Shown: positions 1-8,631 of the stretch, one piece after another
Position numbering within the stretch: position 1 is the first letter of the stretch
Layout: each line of letters opens with the position of its first letter
Assembly (NCBI GenBank): GCA_036745755.1
Contig: DAIOFM010000008.1
Coordinates: 8,373-72,372, forward strand
Length of the DNA: 64,000 nt
Direction: 5' to 3'
Source: Spirochaetota bacterium
Lineage (GTDB): Bacteria; Spirochaetota; UBA4802; UBA5550
Translations under genes and position numbers: made by a program
The notes under the pieces: model-generated
Databases searched by the model: none
Seen by the model: the letters and a program-made list of their open reading frames with translations, nothing else
Told to the model about the DNA's origin: nothing

Positions 1-226
1 GTAACCGGAAGTATATTATGTACTGTAAAGATCAATACACCCGGGAAGGAGTATAATCTTAAAATTTACAGCAAAAAGGAAAAGGAGATGTATTTTGCCG
101 TATCTCCTGAAAGTCCATATGTTTTCACACTTGGCGGATGGCAGACTGAAAAGTTTTTTATAAAGGATATAAAGGATTTTGAAAAAAAGAAGGATGCAAA
201 ATAAAGCTTAGCAGGGGGGTGACCAT

Positions 227-2596
227 ATGTCGGATGAAATGAACAATCTTGAAAACCAGATAATACTTGCCCATGAGTTCAGGCCTGAGGCAATGACCAT
301 AATACCGATATCCCAGAGGCCTATATTTCCGGGCATGATGATACCTCTGATACTCACAGGGGACATTATGATAGAAAGCGCCCAGGAAATCCTGGACTCT
401 CCCCATAAAATCGGCGGGGTTGTACTGATTAAAAACCAGCATGACGGCATGGCCAAGACCGAGGACCTTTATACGATAGGTGTGGCAGTAAAGATAATAA
501 AGATAACACCTGTTGATGAGAAGACTGTGCAGGTGATGCTTAATGCCCTTGGCCGCTTTACATATGACAGTACAATTCAGAACGGCCCTGTGATAAGGTG
601 GAAGGTTGACAACTATTACGAGGACGAGTTCAAGCCCACTGACGAGATGAAGGCCTATTCAATGGCTATAATAAGCTCGGTGAAAGAACTGATTAAAACA
701 AATTCTCTTTTTCAGGAGGAGCTTAAACTTTTTCTCAACAGGTTCAGCGTTGAAGACCCGGGGAAACTTGCAGATTTTGTCGCTTCAATGACTACTGCTG
801 AATCCGGCGAGATTCAGGAGGTGCTTGAAACTTTCGATGTGCGCCAGCGGGTCAAAAAGGTCCTCATACTCCTCAAGAAGGAGATAGAGCTTAATAAGCT
901 TCAGAAAAAGATAACCCAGCAGATAGAGGAGAGGATTTCAAAGCAGCAGAAGGAGTTTTTCCTTAAAGAGCAGCTGAAGGAGATCAAAAAAGAACTGGGC
1001 CTTGAAAAGGATGAAAAATCGTCAGAGATCGAAAAGTTCGAGGAGAGGATTGCCCAGCTGAAGCTTTCAGAAGAGGCTGCGAACAAGATAGACGAGGAGA
1101 TGAATAAGATGAGGCTCCTGGAGCCCCATTCAGCTGAATACGGTGTAAGCAGAAATTATCTCGACTGGCTCACTGCTCTTCCCTGGGGCGTGTTTTCCGA
1201 GGACAATTACGATATAGAGAAGGCCAGGCAGATACTGAATCGTGATCACTACGGACTTGACGATATAAAGGAGAGAATCCTTGAATTTATAGCCACAGGT
1301 AAAATGAAGGGGAATATCTCCGGTTCTATAATATGTTTCATCGGCCCTCCCGGGGTGGGGAAGACCTCTATCGGGAAGTCAGTGGCCGAGGCCCTTAACA
1401 GGAAATTTTTCCGGTTCTCCCTGGGCGGTATGCGGGATGAGGCCGAGATCAAGGGGCACAGGAGGACCTATATCGGCGCCATGCCCGGTAAGCTGATACA
1501 GAGCCTTAAAACTGTTGGAGTGGCTAACCCTGTAATCATGCTTGATGAGATAGACAAGATTGGAGCAAGCTTTCAGGGAGACCCGGCATCAGCCCTTCTG
1601 GAGGTTCTTGATCCCGAGCAGAACAAGGATTTTCTTGACCACTATATGGACGTGAGGTTTGACCTCTCCAACGTTCTTTTTATTGCAACGGCAAACACAA
1701 TGGATACCATACCTGCGCCGCTCTTTGACAGGATGGAGATAATGAAGCTCTCAGGCTATATCCTTGAAGAGAAACTGCAGATTGCCCGTAAGTACCTTGT
1801 GAGCAAGCAGCTGAAGGCCCACGGTATGAAAAAAGGGATGGTTACCATTGATAACAAGGCTATTAAGGGGATGATTGACAAATACGCCAGGGAAGCGGGG
1901 GTTCGCTCTCTTGAGAACAATATCAAGAAGGTGATGCGGAAGGCGACACGGAAATTCGCTGAAGGTGAAAAGGGGACCATCGCGGTCACTGATAAAAATC
2001 TTGAGGAATTCCTGGGGAAACCGAGATTTACAGACGAGTCACTTTACAACAAGAGTATACCCGGTGTAGTTATGGGGCTTGCCTGGACAAGCATGGGCGG
2101 TACGACCCTGTATATAGAGTCAACGGCTATACATACCAAGAACAAGGGATTTAAGCAGACCGGGCAGCTCAAGGACGTAATGCGTGAATCCTCTGAAATT
2201 GCCTATACCTACATACAGTCCAGGGCTGAGGATTACGGGATTCCAGCCGATTATTTCCCGAACCATTTTATACACCTTCATGTTCCGGCCGGAGCGACCC
2301 CGAAGGATGGTCCGTCCGCAGGTATAACAATGGCCACATCGCTTTACTCTCTTGCGAAGGGCAAGCCTATCAAGAAAAACGTAGCCATGACAGGTGAACT
2401 TACAGTGACAGGCAAGGTGCTTCCCATAGGGGGAGTGAAGGAGAAGACCATTGCTGCGAAAAAAGCGAAGGTGAAAACCATAATCTATCCTTATGAAAAC
2501 AAAAAGGATTTTGAGGAACTTCCTGAGTATATCAAAAAAGGGCTGGATGCCCATTTCGTGAATTACTTTGATGAGGTTCTGGAGATAGTATATTAA
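227..2596 (+). CDS. lon: ATP-dependent protease La (Lon)
   Basis: 789 aa. N-terminal LON substrate-binding domain, Walker A GPPGVGKTS, AAA+ module and C-terminal protease with the catalytic PKDGPSAG serine motif. SD AGGGGGG precedes the ATG. Confidence 0.95.
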   Translation: MSDEMNNLENQIILAHEFRPEAMTIIPISQRPIFPGMMIPLILTGDIMIESAQEILDSPHKIGGVVLIKNQHDGMAKTEDLYTIGVAVKIIKITPVDEKTVQVMLNALGRFTYDSTIQNGPVIRWKVDNYYEDEFKPTDEMKAYSMAIISSVKELIKTNSLFQEELKLFLNRFSVEDPGKLADFVASMTTAESGEIQEVLETFDVRQRVKKVLILLKKEIELNKLQKKITQQIEERISKQQKEFFLKEQLKEIKKELGLEKDEKSSEIEKFEERIAQLKLSEEAANKIDEEMNKMRLLEPHSAEYGVSRNYLDWLTALPWGVFSEDNYDIEKARQILNRDHYGLDDIKERILEFIATGKMKGNISGSIICFIGPPGVGKTSIGKSVAEALNRKFFRFSLGGMRDEAEIKGHRRTYIGAMPGKLIQSLKTVGVANPVIMLDEIDKIGASFQGDPASALLEVLDPEQNKDFLDHYMDVRFDLSNVLFIATANTMDTIPAPLFDRMEIMKLSGYILEEKLQIARKYLVSKQLKAHGMKKGMVTIDNKAIKGMIDKYAREAGVRSLENNIKKVMRKATRKFAEGEKGTIAVTDKNLEEFLGKPRFTDESLYNKSIPGVVMGLAWTSMGGTTLYIESTAIHTKNKGFKQTGQLKDVMRESSEIAYTYIQSRAEDYGIPADYFPNHFIHLHVPAGATPKDGPSAGITMATSLYSLAKGKPIKKNVAMTGELTVTGKVLPIGGVKEKTIAAKKAKVKTIIYPYENKKDFEELPEYIKKGLDAHFVNYFDEVLEIVY

Positions 2597-2602
2597 AAAA
2601 GA

Positions 2603-2750
2603 ATTATCTCGCGGAGGCGTAGAGGCGCAAAGTAAAGAAAATAAGGAATAAAAAAATAAACACAGATTTTCGCAGATAAAGATGAATTGTTACAGATATT
2701 TATTATAAAACATCCGTGTCCATCTGTGTTAAATTTTAAAATTCTGCCCC
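2603..2750. repeat. Intergenic repeat copy A (~150 bp, CAGAT/ATCTG half-site array, 3' box ATCCGTG..ATCTGTGTTAAATTTTAAAATT)
   Basis: Alignable at ~70% to 3081-3228. Internal inverted repeat AACACAGAT (2659-2667) / ATCTGTGTT (2723-2731). Confidence 0.5.
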
Positions 2751-2841
2751 TTCTGGCGTTTTACCACATCTCTCCCTTTTACGGGGGAGACTCAGAGGGG
2801 AAAAAATTTTTATGCCCCCGAAAAAAATATTTTTATTATTG

Positions 2842-2870
2842 TTGACATAAGATCAGGGCGAATGTATTTA
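2842..2870 (+). promoter_or_regulatory. Candidate sigma-70 promoter for tRNA-Leu (TTGACA-N17-TATTTA)
   Basis: TTGACA at 2842-2847 and TATTTA at 2865-2870, about 27 nt upstream of the tRNA 5' end. Confidence 0.3.
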
Positions 2871-2896
2871 GTCATACATAAGTTATTGCTAATGAT

Positions 2897-2979
2897 GCCC
2901 AGGTGGTGGAATTGGTAGACACGCATGGTTGAGGGCCATGTGAGATTTTCTCGTGTGGGTTCAAGTCCCGCTCTGGGCA
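2897..2979 (+). tRNA. tRNA-Leu (anticodon GAG)
   Basis: Cloverleaf read directly. 7-bp acceptor GCCCAGG/TCTGGGC, D-arm GTGGAATTGGTAGACAC, anticodon loop TTGAGGG, long variable arm, T-arm GTGGGTTCAAGTCCCGC, discriminator A. No encoded CCA. Confidence 0.85.
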
Positions 2980-2985
2980 ATAACG

Positions 2986-3021
2986 AAAAGCTGGCTGAAA
3001 TAATTCAGGCAGCTTTTTTTA
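2986..3021 (+). terminator. Rho-independent terminator after tRNA-Leu
   Basis: AAAGCTGGCTG..loop..CAGGCAGCTTTTTTTT, a 9-bp stem with one mismatch followed by a T-run. Confidence 0.5.
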
Positions 3022-3080
3022 TTGATTAAAAAATAAAAACATATTTATAATTTCGAGTAATTGAATAAAAAAAGAAAAAT

Positions 3081-3228
3081 ATTCTCTCGCTAATCCGAGG
3101 AGCCGCAAAGGGAAAGCGGATTAAAAAAGAATAAAATGAATTTTTAACACGGATTGAAACAGATAAAAAAGGGTGTTTATAAAATAAAATATCCGTGCAA
3201 TCTGTGTTAAATTTTAAAATTTAGCGCC
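3081..3228. repeat. Intergenic repeat copy B (paralog of 2603-2750), upstream of ndk
   Basis: Shares the ATCCGTG(CA)ATCTGTGTTAAATTTTAAAATT 3' box, ACAGAT(A) half sites and an upstream AACACGGAT inverted partner. Confidence 0.5.
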
Positions 3229-3255
3229 TTTGCGAGAGATAATAGGAGAATATAA

Positions 3256-3669
3256 ATGGAAAGAACTCTTTCAATAATCAAGCCTGACGGTATAAAAAAG
3301 AACATTGTGGGTGAAATAATAAGGCGATTTGAAACTGCGGGTATGAGGATCGCGGCAATAAAGAAGGTTCACATGTCGAAGAGCGTTGCTGAAGGGTTTT
3401 ATGCTGTACATAAAGGGAAACCCTTTTATGATGAACTTACAGATTTCATGTCAGAGGGGCCTGTGGTACTCATGGTGCTTGAAGGCGAAGGGGCGATTGC
3501 TCTTAACCGTAAACTTATGGGCGCGACAAATTTCAAAGAGGCTGATCCCGGTACAATCAGGGCTGATTTTGCCACAAGCATACAGTTTAATGTAGTACAC
3601 GGTTCAGACGCACCTGAAACTGCGGCTTTTGAAATCGGTTATTTTTTTGCTGAGACCGAAATATTTTAA
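3256..3669 (+). CDS. ndk: Nucleoside diphosphate kinase
   Basis: 137 aa. [12 protein letters not shown]... NDK fold, active-site region NVVHGSD. SD AGGAG. Confidence 0.95.
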   Translation: MERTLSIIKPDGIKKNIVGEIIRRFETAGMRIAAIKKVHMSKSVAEGFYAVHKGKPFYDELTDFMSEGPVVLMVLEGEGAIALNRKLMGATNFKEADPGTIRADFATSIQFNVVHGSDAPETAAFEIGYFFAETEIF

Positions 3670-3903
3670 TTTTATCATCCGGGCTGCCTGGTAATTTGGC
3701 TCATGTCATCACAAGGAGACCGGAGGTCGACGTGGTGATCTGTTTTATTGTTGCAGCAGTGTCATGAATTTGTTGAATTTTAAAGTAAAAGATATGATCT
3801 CTATGCAGATTGCCGCGGTGCCATGCGCCTTGCAATGACTCTGTCTTTTGGGTAGCCATCATTTAGATTTTTAATTGTGAATAGTATATGTATAAATTGT
3901 TTA

Positions 3904-3932
3904 TTGACAAAGAAGGGATGTTAAATTATCAG
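3904..3932 (+). promoter_or_regulatory. Candidate sigma-70 promoter for tRNA-Ser (TTGACA-N17-TATCAG)
   Basis: Perfect -35 TTGACA at 3904-3909. The -10 is weak. Confidence 0.25.
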
Positions 3933-3948
3933 GTTACAGATCATGCAT

Positions 3949-4033
3949 GGAAAGGTGTCCGAGAGGCCGAAGGAGCACGGTTGGAAACCGTGTGTTGCGC
4001 AAGTAACCGGGGGTTCGAATCCCCCCCTTTCCG
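3949..4033 (+). tRNA. tRNA-Ser (anticodon GGA)
   Basis: Acceptor GGAAAGG/CCTTTCC, anticodon loop TTGGAAA, long variable arm, T-arm GGGGGTTCGAATCCCCC, discriminator G as expected for Ser. Ends ±1 because of the C-run. Confidence 0.85.
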
Positions 4034-4038
4034 AATAA

Positions 4039-5745
4039 TTGAGGCTGGTTAACATATCAATGGCATACCAGGTAATAGCCCGCAAATGGCGCCCACAGGC
4101 ATTCAGTGAAGTAGTCTTCCAGGAACATGTTTCAAAGACAATCCAGAACAGTATAAAACAGGGGAGGACATCTCACGCCTACCTTTTCTCCGGCCCCCGC
4201 GGCGTGGGGAAGACCACCATGGCGAGGATACTGGCCAAGGCCCTTAACTGTGTTCACGGACCCACTGCTGAACCGTGCGGTGTATGCGAAAACTGCATTG
4301 AAATAAAGCAGGGGGTCTCCTTCGACGTAATAGAGATAGACGGCGCCTCGAATAACGGGGTGGATAACATCCGTGAACTGCGGGAAAACGTGAACTTCGC
4401 TCCTGCAAAATCGAAATATAAAATATATATAATAGATGAAGTCCACATGGTTACAACAGCGGCGTTCAATGCGCTGCTTAAAACACTGGAGGAACCCCCT
4501 CCGCACATAGTGTTTATATTTGCTACAACTGAAATTCATAAGATACCTGATACAATACTTTCGCGCTGCCAGAAGTATTTTTTTAAGAAGATCCCCATCG
4601 AGGTGGTTGTGAACCATCTTTCGGGGATTGTTAAGAAGGAGGGGTACAATATATCCGCAAACGCCCTCTACCCCGTGGCGCGTATAGCTGACGGCTCCAT
4701 GAGGGACGCGCAATCGCTTCTTGAACAGGTCATCTCCTTCTCAGGGCTTTCAACAGGTGACAGCACCGAGATCTCCGAGCAGGACGCCCTTGCGATACTT
4801 GGCGTTGTGCCCACCGAGAGCTATATAAGGCTTTTTAATTATATCCAGGTCTCTGACAGGAAGGGGATTATTGCCGAAGTGGAGAGGATCGTATCAACAG
4901 GGATCGATATATCCCGGTATTCATCCGGTCTTGTTGACGCAGTGAGATCTCTTCGCCTTATACGCAACGGGATTGATCTTCAAAACCTTCTGGGCCTTTC
5001 TCCTGATGAGATTAATGGCCTTAAATCCTCCTCTTCCGGTTTTGGAGATGAGGAGCTTTCAAGGATTTTTAAAATAGCAGCGGAACTTGTGAAGAACCTC
5101 AGGTTTTCAGGTAACGACAGGGTTTATCTTGAGATGGCCCTTCTCGATATGGCTGCTGTGATAGATACACCCTCAATCGCTGATATAATAAAAAGGCTTG
5201 AAGAGGGGGGAGGGGCCCATGCAGGAGGGGAAACGCAGCCCGGGTCTTCTGCATCCGGTGATAAGTCACCTGCGCCGGGGAAAGCCTCTGCTCCCCGGGA
5301 TGAAAAGCCGCTTTCAATGGAGGATGCCTGGGCCGGAATGCTTGCAGAGATGGAGCTTAAAAAAAGTACGCTTCACCTTATACTCCGCCCTGCGGTTATG
5401 CGGAATGAATCCGGTAATGTAATATTGAGCTACCCGGAGGGTATAGATTCATCGAACTACATTAAGGCCCTGGATGCCGGAACTCTTGCTTTAATAGAAA
5501 ACAGGCTTTCAGCAAAGACAGGCGTAAAGGTCAGGGTGAAAGTCATCGGTGATGCCGTGCAGGTTCCCCCGTCGGAAAAAGCAGATGCCGGAACACCGGA
5601 AAGGGAACCTGAAGCCGATAATTCGCCGGCTCCGGAGGCTGAGATGGTCCGCACTCCTGAAACCGGGGATTTTGCAGTGGAAAGTCAGGCAGTACAGAAG
5701 ATACAAAATGCCTTTTACGGGCAGATTATAAAAAAAGGAGAATAG
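4039..5745 (+). CDS. dnaX: DNA polymerase III subunit gamma/tau
   Basis: MAYQVIARKWRPQ..., Walker A GPRGVGKTT, clamp-loader AAA+ domain, low-complexity P/A/E-rich C-terminus. The true start is probably the internal ATG at ~4060 (MAYQV). Confidence 0.9.
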   Translation: MRLVNISMAYQVIARKWRPQAFSEVVFQEHVSKTIQNSIKQGRTSHAYLFSGPRGVGKTTMARILAKALNCVHGPTAEPCGVCENCIEIKQGVSFDVIEIDGASNNGVDNIRELRENVNFAPAKSKYKIYIIDEVHMVTTAAFNALLKTLEEPPPHIVFIFATTEIHKIPDTILSRCQKYFFKKIPIEVVVNHLSGIVKKEGYNISANALYPVARIADGSMRDAQSLLEQVISFSGLSTGDSTEISEQDALAILGVVPTESYIRLFNYIQVSDRKGIIAEVERIVSTGIDISRYSSGLVDAVRSLRLIRNGIDLQNLLGLSPDEINGLKSSSSGFGDEELSRIFKIAAELVKNLRFSGNDRVYLEMALLDMAAVIDTPSIADIIKRLEEGGGAHAGGETQPGSSASGDKSPAPGKASAPRDEKPLSMEDAWAGMLAEMELKKSTLHLILRPAVMRNESGNVILSYPEGIDSSNYIKALDAGTLALIENRLSAKTGVKVRVKVIGDAVQVPPSEKADAGTPEREPEADNSPAPEAEMVRTPETGDFAVESQAVQKIQNAFYGQIIKKGE

Positions 5746-5747
5746 TT

Positions 5748-6062
5748 ATGCTGAAAGGTCTTGGCGATATCGGGAACCTGATGAAGATGCAGAAGGAGAT
5801 GAAAAACATCCAGAAAAAGATCCAGAAGACAAAAGTCGACGGTGAAAGTTCAGACGGAAGCGTAAAAGCAGTTGTTAATGGTGAGTTCAGCCTTCTCGAT
5901 ATATCGATAAGTGAAGATCTTATTAAGACAGGTGATGTTAAGAAGATCGAAAAGATGGTTTATTCAGCCGTAAATGATGCAGTTAATAAGGCAAGGGAAT
6001 TTTCCGCTGAAGAGATGAAGAAGATCGCGGGCGGAATGGACCTGGGAAGCCTGTTTAAATAA
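5748..6062 (+). CDS. ybaB: Nucleoid-associated protein YbaB/EbfC
   Basis: 104 aa. Conserved dnaX-ybaB-recR synteny. MLKGLGDIGNLMKMQ... K-rich N-terminus. Confidence 0.9.
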   Translation: MLKGLGDIGNLMKMQKEMKNIQKKIQKTKVDGESSDGSVKAVVNGEFSLLDISISEDLIKTGDVKKIEKMVYSAVNDAVNKAREFSAEEMKKIAGGMDLGSLFK

Positions 6063-6077
6063 ATACGGAGACGAATT

Positions 6078-6677
6078 TTGGCAGGCCCGTCACATTATCT
6101 TGAAAGAGTAACCCGGGAGTTCTCAAAACTGCCGGGGATAGGGCATAAGAGCGCTTCAAGGATAGCCTTTCACCTCCTCAAACTGGGTAGCGGTGAAATA
6201 GACGCACTTTTACGCTCGATAACGGAACTTAAAGAGAATATCAGGTTCTGCGATATATGCGGAGGGATCTCTGACAGCGAAATATGCTCAATCTGTTCCG
6301 ACTCAGGGAGGTTGAAGGATATAATATGCGTCGTGGAGGGGGCCAGGGATATACTGACCATTGAGGCTGCAGGGGGGTATAACGGAGTTTACCATGTACT
6401 TTCCGGCCTGATATCCCCGCTGGACGGTGTAGGGCCTGATGATCTTAATATAAGCTCACTTATAAGCAGGTGCGGGAGCAGTAATCCGACAGAGATAATT
6501 ATGGCGCTTAGCCCCACTATTGAAGGGGACGCCACAACGCTTTATCTTGCATCCCTGATAACCCCGCTGGGGATCAATGTTACAAGGATAGCCCATGGCC
6601 TGCCTGTGGGGAGTGACCTTGAATATGTGGACAGCGCCACGATTGCCAAATCCCTTGAAGGCCGCGTAAAAATTTAA
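6078..6677 (+). CDS. recR: Recombination protein RecR
   Basis: 199 aa. HhH motif KLPGIGHKSASRIAFHLL, C4 zinc finger CDICGGISDSEICSIC, Toprim domain. TTG start. Confidence 0.9.
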   Translation: MAGPSHYLERVTREFSKLPGIGHKSASRIAFHLLKLGSGEIDALLRSITELKENIRFCDICGGISDSEICSICSDSGRLKDIICVVEGARDILTIEAAGGYNGVYHVLSGLISPLDGVGPDDLNISSLISRCGSSNPTEIIMALSPTIEGDATTLYLASLITPLGINVTRIAHGLPVGSDLEYVDSATIAKSLEGRVKI

Positions 6678-8014
6678 TTTTTCTTTTTTCTTCTGCCGTC
6701 GTCCCTTTTTTTGCCCTCAATCTGTATGACAATGGGCAGCCCCTCCATATCAAAGGCCTCTTTCAGAGATTTTTCGAAGTATCGTATAACATCTTTGCGG
6801 AAATGATCGGCGTTGTTGACAAAAAACCTGAAAGAAGGGGGCACTGTATCTATCTGGACAGCATAATATACCCTGATTTTTTCACCAAGCTGTGGTATTC
6901 TGCCAACGCTTTTAATGTCGGATATCACCCTGTTCAGTGTGGGGGTATCGATCCTTTTGTGAGCTTTTTCATTAAGCGTGAAGGCTGTCTGCAGGAGCTT
7001 GTCTGTCCTCTGTCTGTTTTTCGCTGAGACTGATATTATGGGGAAATCTTCCGCCCTGTAATACTTGAATATCAGCCTGTCCCTGTATTCCTTGAATGTT
7101 TTGTGGTCTTTTTCAACGGCGTCCCACTTGTTTATTGCTATTATAATCGGTTTTTTTGCCTTAAGTATCTCATCTGATATTTTTTTATCGTTTTCCGTGA
7201 GCCCGACTGTTGCGTCTATGAGGTGAATTGCCACATCGCACCTGTTTATTGATTCAACTGTTCGTGTGAAGGAGTAATATTCTATGTTTTCAGTTATTTT
7301 GCTCTTCTTTCTTATGCCAGCTGTATCGATTATCTGTATCGTTTTACCGTAATAGGTAAATGTTTCATCAACAGAGTCCCTTGTCGTGCCGGGGACATCA
7401 GATACAACGGCCCTTTCGTAGCCCATGAATGAGTTCAGCAGGGTCGATTTGCCGGAGTTTGGGCGCCCTACAACAGCTATTTTAAGTTCAGGTTCAGATA
7501 CTGCAGTCCTTTTAACGGGGAGGAGCCTTACTATGTTGTCAAGCAGCATTGAAATGTTGAAGCGTCTCATTGCCGAGACCGGTATGATCTCGGTGAATCC
7601 CATCTCGTAGAAGTTGGACATATTCTCCATCTTATCCGTGCTGTCCATCTTGTTGACCGCGACTATTGTAGGAAGGTTCATTTTACGGACTATATCAGCG
7701 AGTTCATAGTCAAAAGATTCCGGCCCAGGGGATTCCATGAGAAACAGTATCACCGAACTTCGGGACAGGTGGTTCTTCGCGTTCTCAAGTATCTGCTCTG
7801 ACAGCTCGGATGAACTGGACAGGTCGAGACCCGGAGTGTCGGAGATTACAAAACTCACCGAGTTATGGACAACTGTGTGTGATATAACATCCCGTGTCAG
7901 GCCTGGGAATGAGTCTACTATTGATTTTTTATCCTTGATCAAAGCATTAAACAGGGTGGACTTCCCCACGTTCTGTCTTCCCACTATTGATACCACCGGA
8001 AGTTTAGATGACAT
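6674..8014 (-). CDS. der: Ribosome-biogenesis GTPase Der (EngA), tandem GTPase domains + KH-like C-terminus
   Basis: 446 aa. Two G domains (GRQNVGKST and GRPNSGKST P-loops, DTPG/DTAG, NKxD motifs). Converges on recR with a 4-nt overlap. Confidence 0.9.
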   Translation of the reverse strand: MSSKLPVVSIVGRQNVGKSTLFNALIKDKKSIVDSFPGLTRDVISHTVVHNSVSFVISDTPGLDLSSSSELSEQILENAKNHLSRSSVILFLMESPGPESFDYELADIVRKMNLPTIVAVNKMDSTDKMENMSNFYEMGFTEIIPVSAMRRFNISMLLDNIVRLLPVKRTAVSEPELKIAVVGRPNSGKSTLLNSFMGYERAVVSDVPGTTRDSVDETFTYYGKTIQIIDTAGIRKKSKITENIEYYSFTRTVESINRCDVAIHLIDATVGLTENDKKISDEILKAKKPIIIAINKWDAVEKDHKTFKEYRDRLIFKYYRAEDFPIISVSAKNRQRTDKLLQTAFTLNEKAHKRIDTPTLNRVISDIKSVGRIPQLGEKIRVYYAVQIDTVPPSFRFFVNNADHFRKDVIRYFEKSLKEAFDMEGLPIVIQIEGKKRDDGRRKKKN

Positions 8015-8276
8015 ATTAGCAACTCCTCGAACTATTGTGCCGGTATCTTCTTCTCACCGCGCTTTCACATCAAAAAAAGTATTCCATTAAGTCAAGATAT
8101 AAATAAAAGATAAAAAAGTTTAAATATTAGTAATGTGTTAACACCGATTCTCCGATATGATCATTGTATTAAGCATGTTGTTATACGATTTTTTTATTTT
8201 TTACTTGCAATAATAACTGTTTAATGTATTATTAAATTAACAATGCATCATTAAAAAAAATTTTGAGGTGTATTTC

Positions 8277-8495
8277 ATGGCAAGTGTTAAGCAACTTGAG
8301 AATAACATCAAGAGAAAAAAAGAGAAAGTAGCAAAGCTTCAGAAAGAGATGAAGTCTGAGCAGGCAACTATGGCGAAGCTTCAGAAAGATTTAGCTGCAG
8401 CGAAAAAGAAAGAAGCTGAAGCTAAAAAAGCCAAGCCGAAAGCTAAACCAAAGGCAAAAGCTAAAGCAAAAGCTAAAGCAAAAGCTAAGAAATAA
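8277..8495 (+). CDS. Histone H1-like lysine/alanine-rich nucleoid protein
   Basis: About 72 aa from the ATG with SD GAGGTG. Coiled-coil N-terminus, then (KAKP/KAKA)n repeats. The ORF-track start at 8268 is upstream of the SD-supported ATG. Confidence 0.55.
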   Translation: MASVKQLENNIKRKKEKVAKLQKEMKSEQATMAKLQKDLAAAKKKEAEAKKAKPKAKPKAKAKAKAKAKAKK

Positions 8496-8513
8496 TTTTA
8501 TTTCTTTTAACTG

Positions 8514-8548
8514 GGAAAAGAGAGGGTTGATGCCCTCTTTTTTTTTTC
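8514..8548 (+). terminator. Rho-independent terminator
   Basis: AGAGGG-ttgatg-CCCTCT followed by T10. Confidence 0.55.
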
Positions 8549-8582
8549 TCTCATATAAATTCTTATTGAAAAAAATTTCTAT

Positions 8583-8590
8583 ACCGATAT
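8583..8590 (+). promoter_or_regulatory. Sigma-28-type -10 element ACCGATAT upstream of the PilZ-like gene
   Basis: Identical -10 octamer to the flgM promoter in this window. Upstream -35 is only partial (TTGAAAAAAA). Confidence 0.3.
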
Positions 8591-8631
8591 TTAAAATACC
8601 GTAATACTATTTGTAATAATAGAGGTCCCCG

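Noticed and set aside
2897-4033. tRNA-Leu and tRNA-Ser as possible integration sites for mobile elements
   Set aside because: No integrase, transposase, phage genes or duplicated tRNA 3' fragments nearby. Flanks are housekeeping genes (lon, ndk, dnaX).
4132-4713. Long antisense ORFs inside dnaX (4132-4713-), fliA (24327-24977-), argJ (38886-39719+), the DUF362 gene (60035-61006+), lon (158-456-) and others in the ORF track
   Set aside because: Each lies within a confidently identified gene on the opposite strand with strong domain evidence. They lack an SD and show biased composition from the sense strand, so they are treated as shadow ORFs.
5725-5745. A-AAA-AAA-G slippery-like run at the dnaX 3' end (possible gamma-subunit frameshift site)
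   Set aside because: It lies only 3 codons before the natural stop, so a shift would not generate a distinct shorter gamma product. The run is most likely coincidental.
6674-6677. recR and der converge with overlapping stop codons and no terminator
   Set aside because: Compact convergent overlap is common and carries no further signal.
8400-8495. Tandem GCTAAAGCAAAA-type repeats that could look like a micro-array
   Set aside because: They are in frame and encode the (KAKA/KAKP)n tail of the histone-like protein. No spacers and no CRISPR-like architecture. No cas genes in the window.
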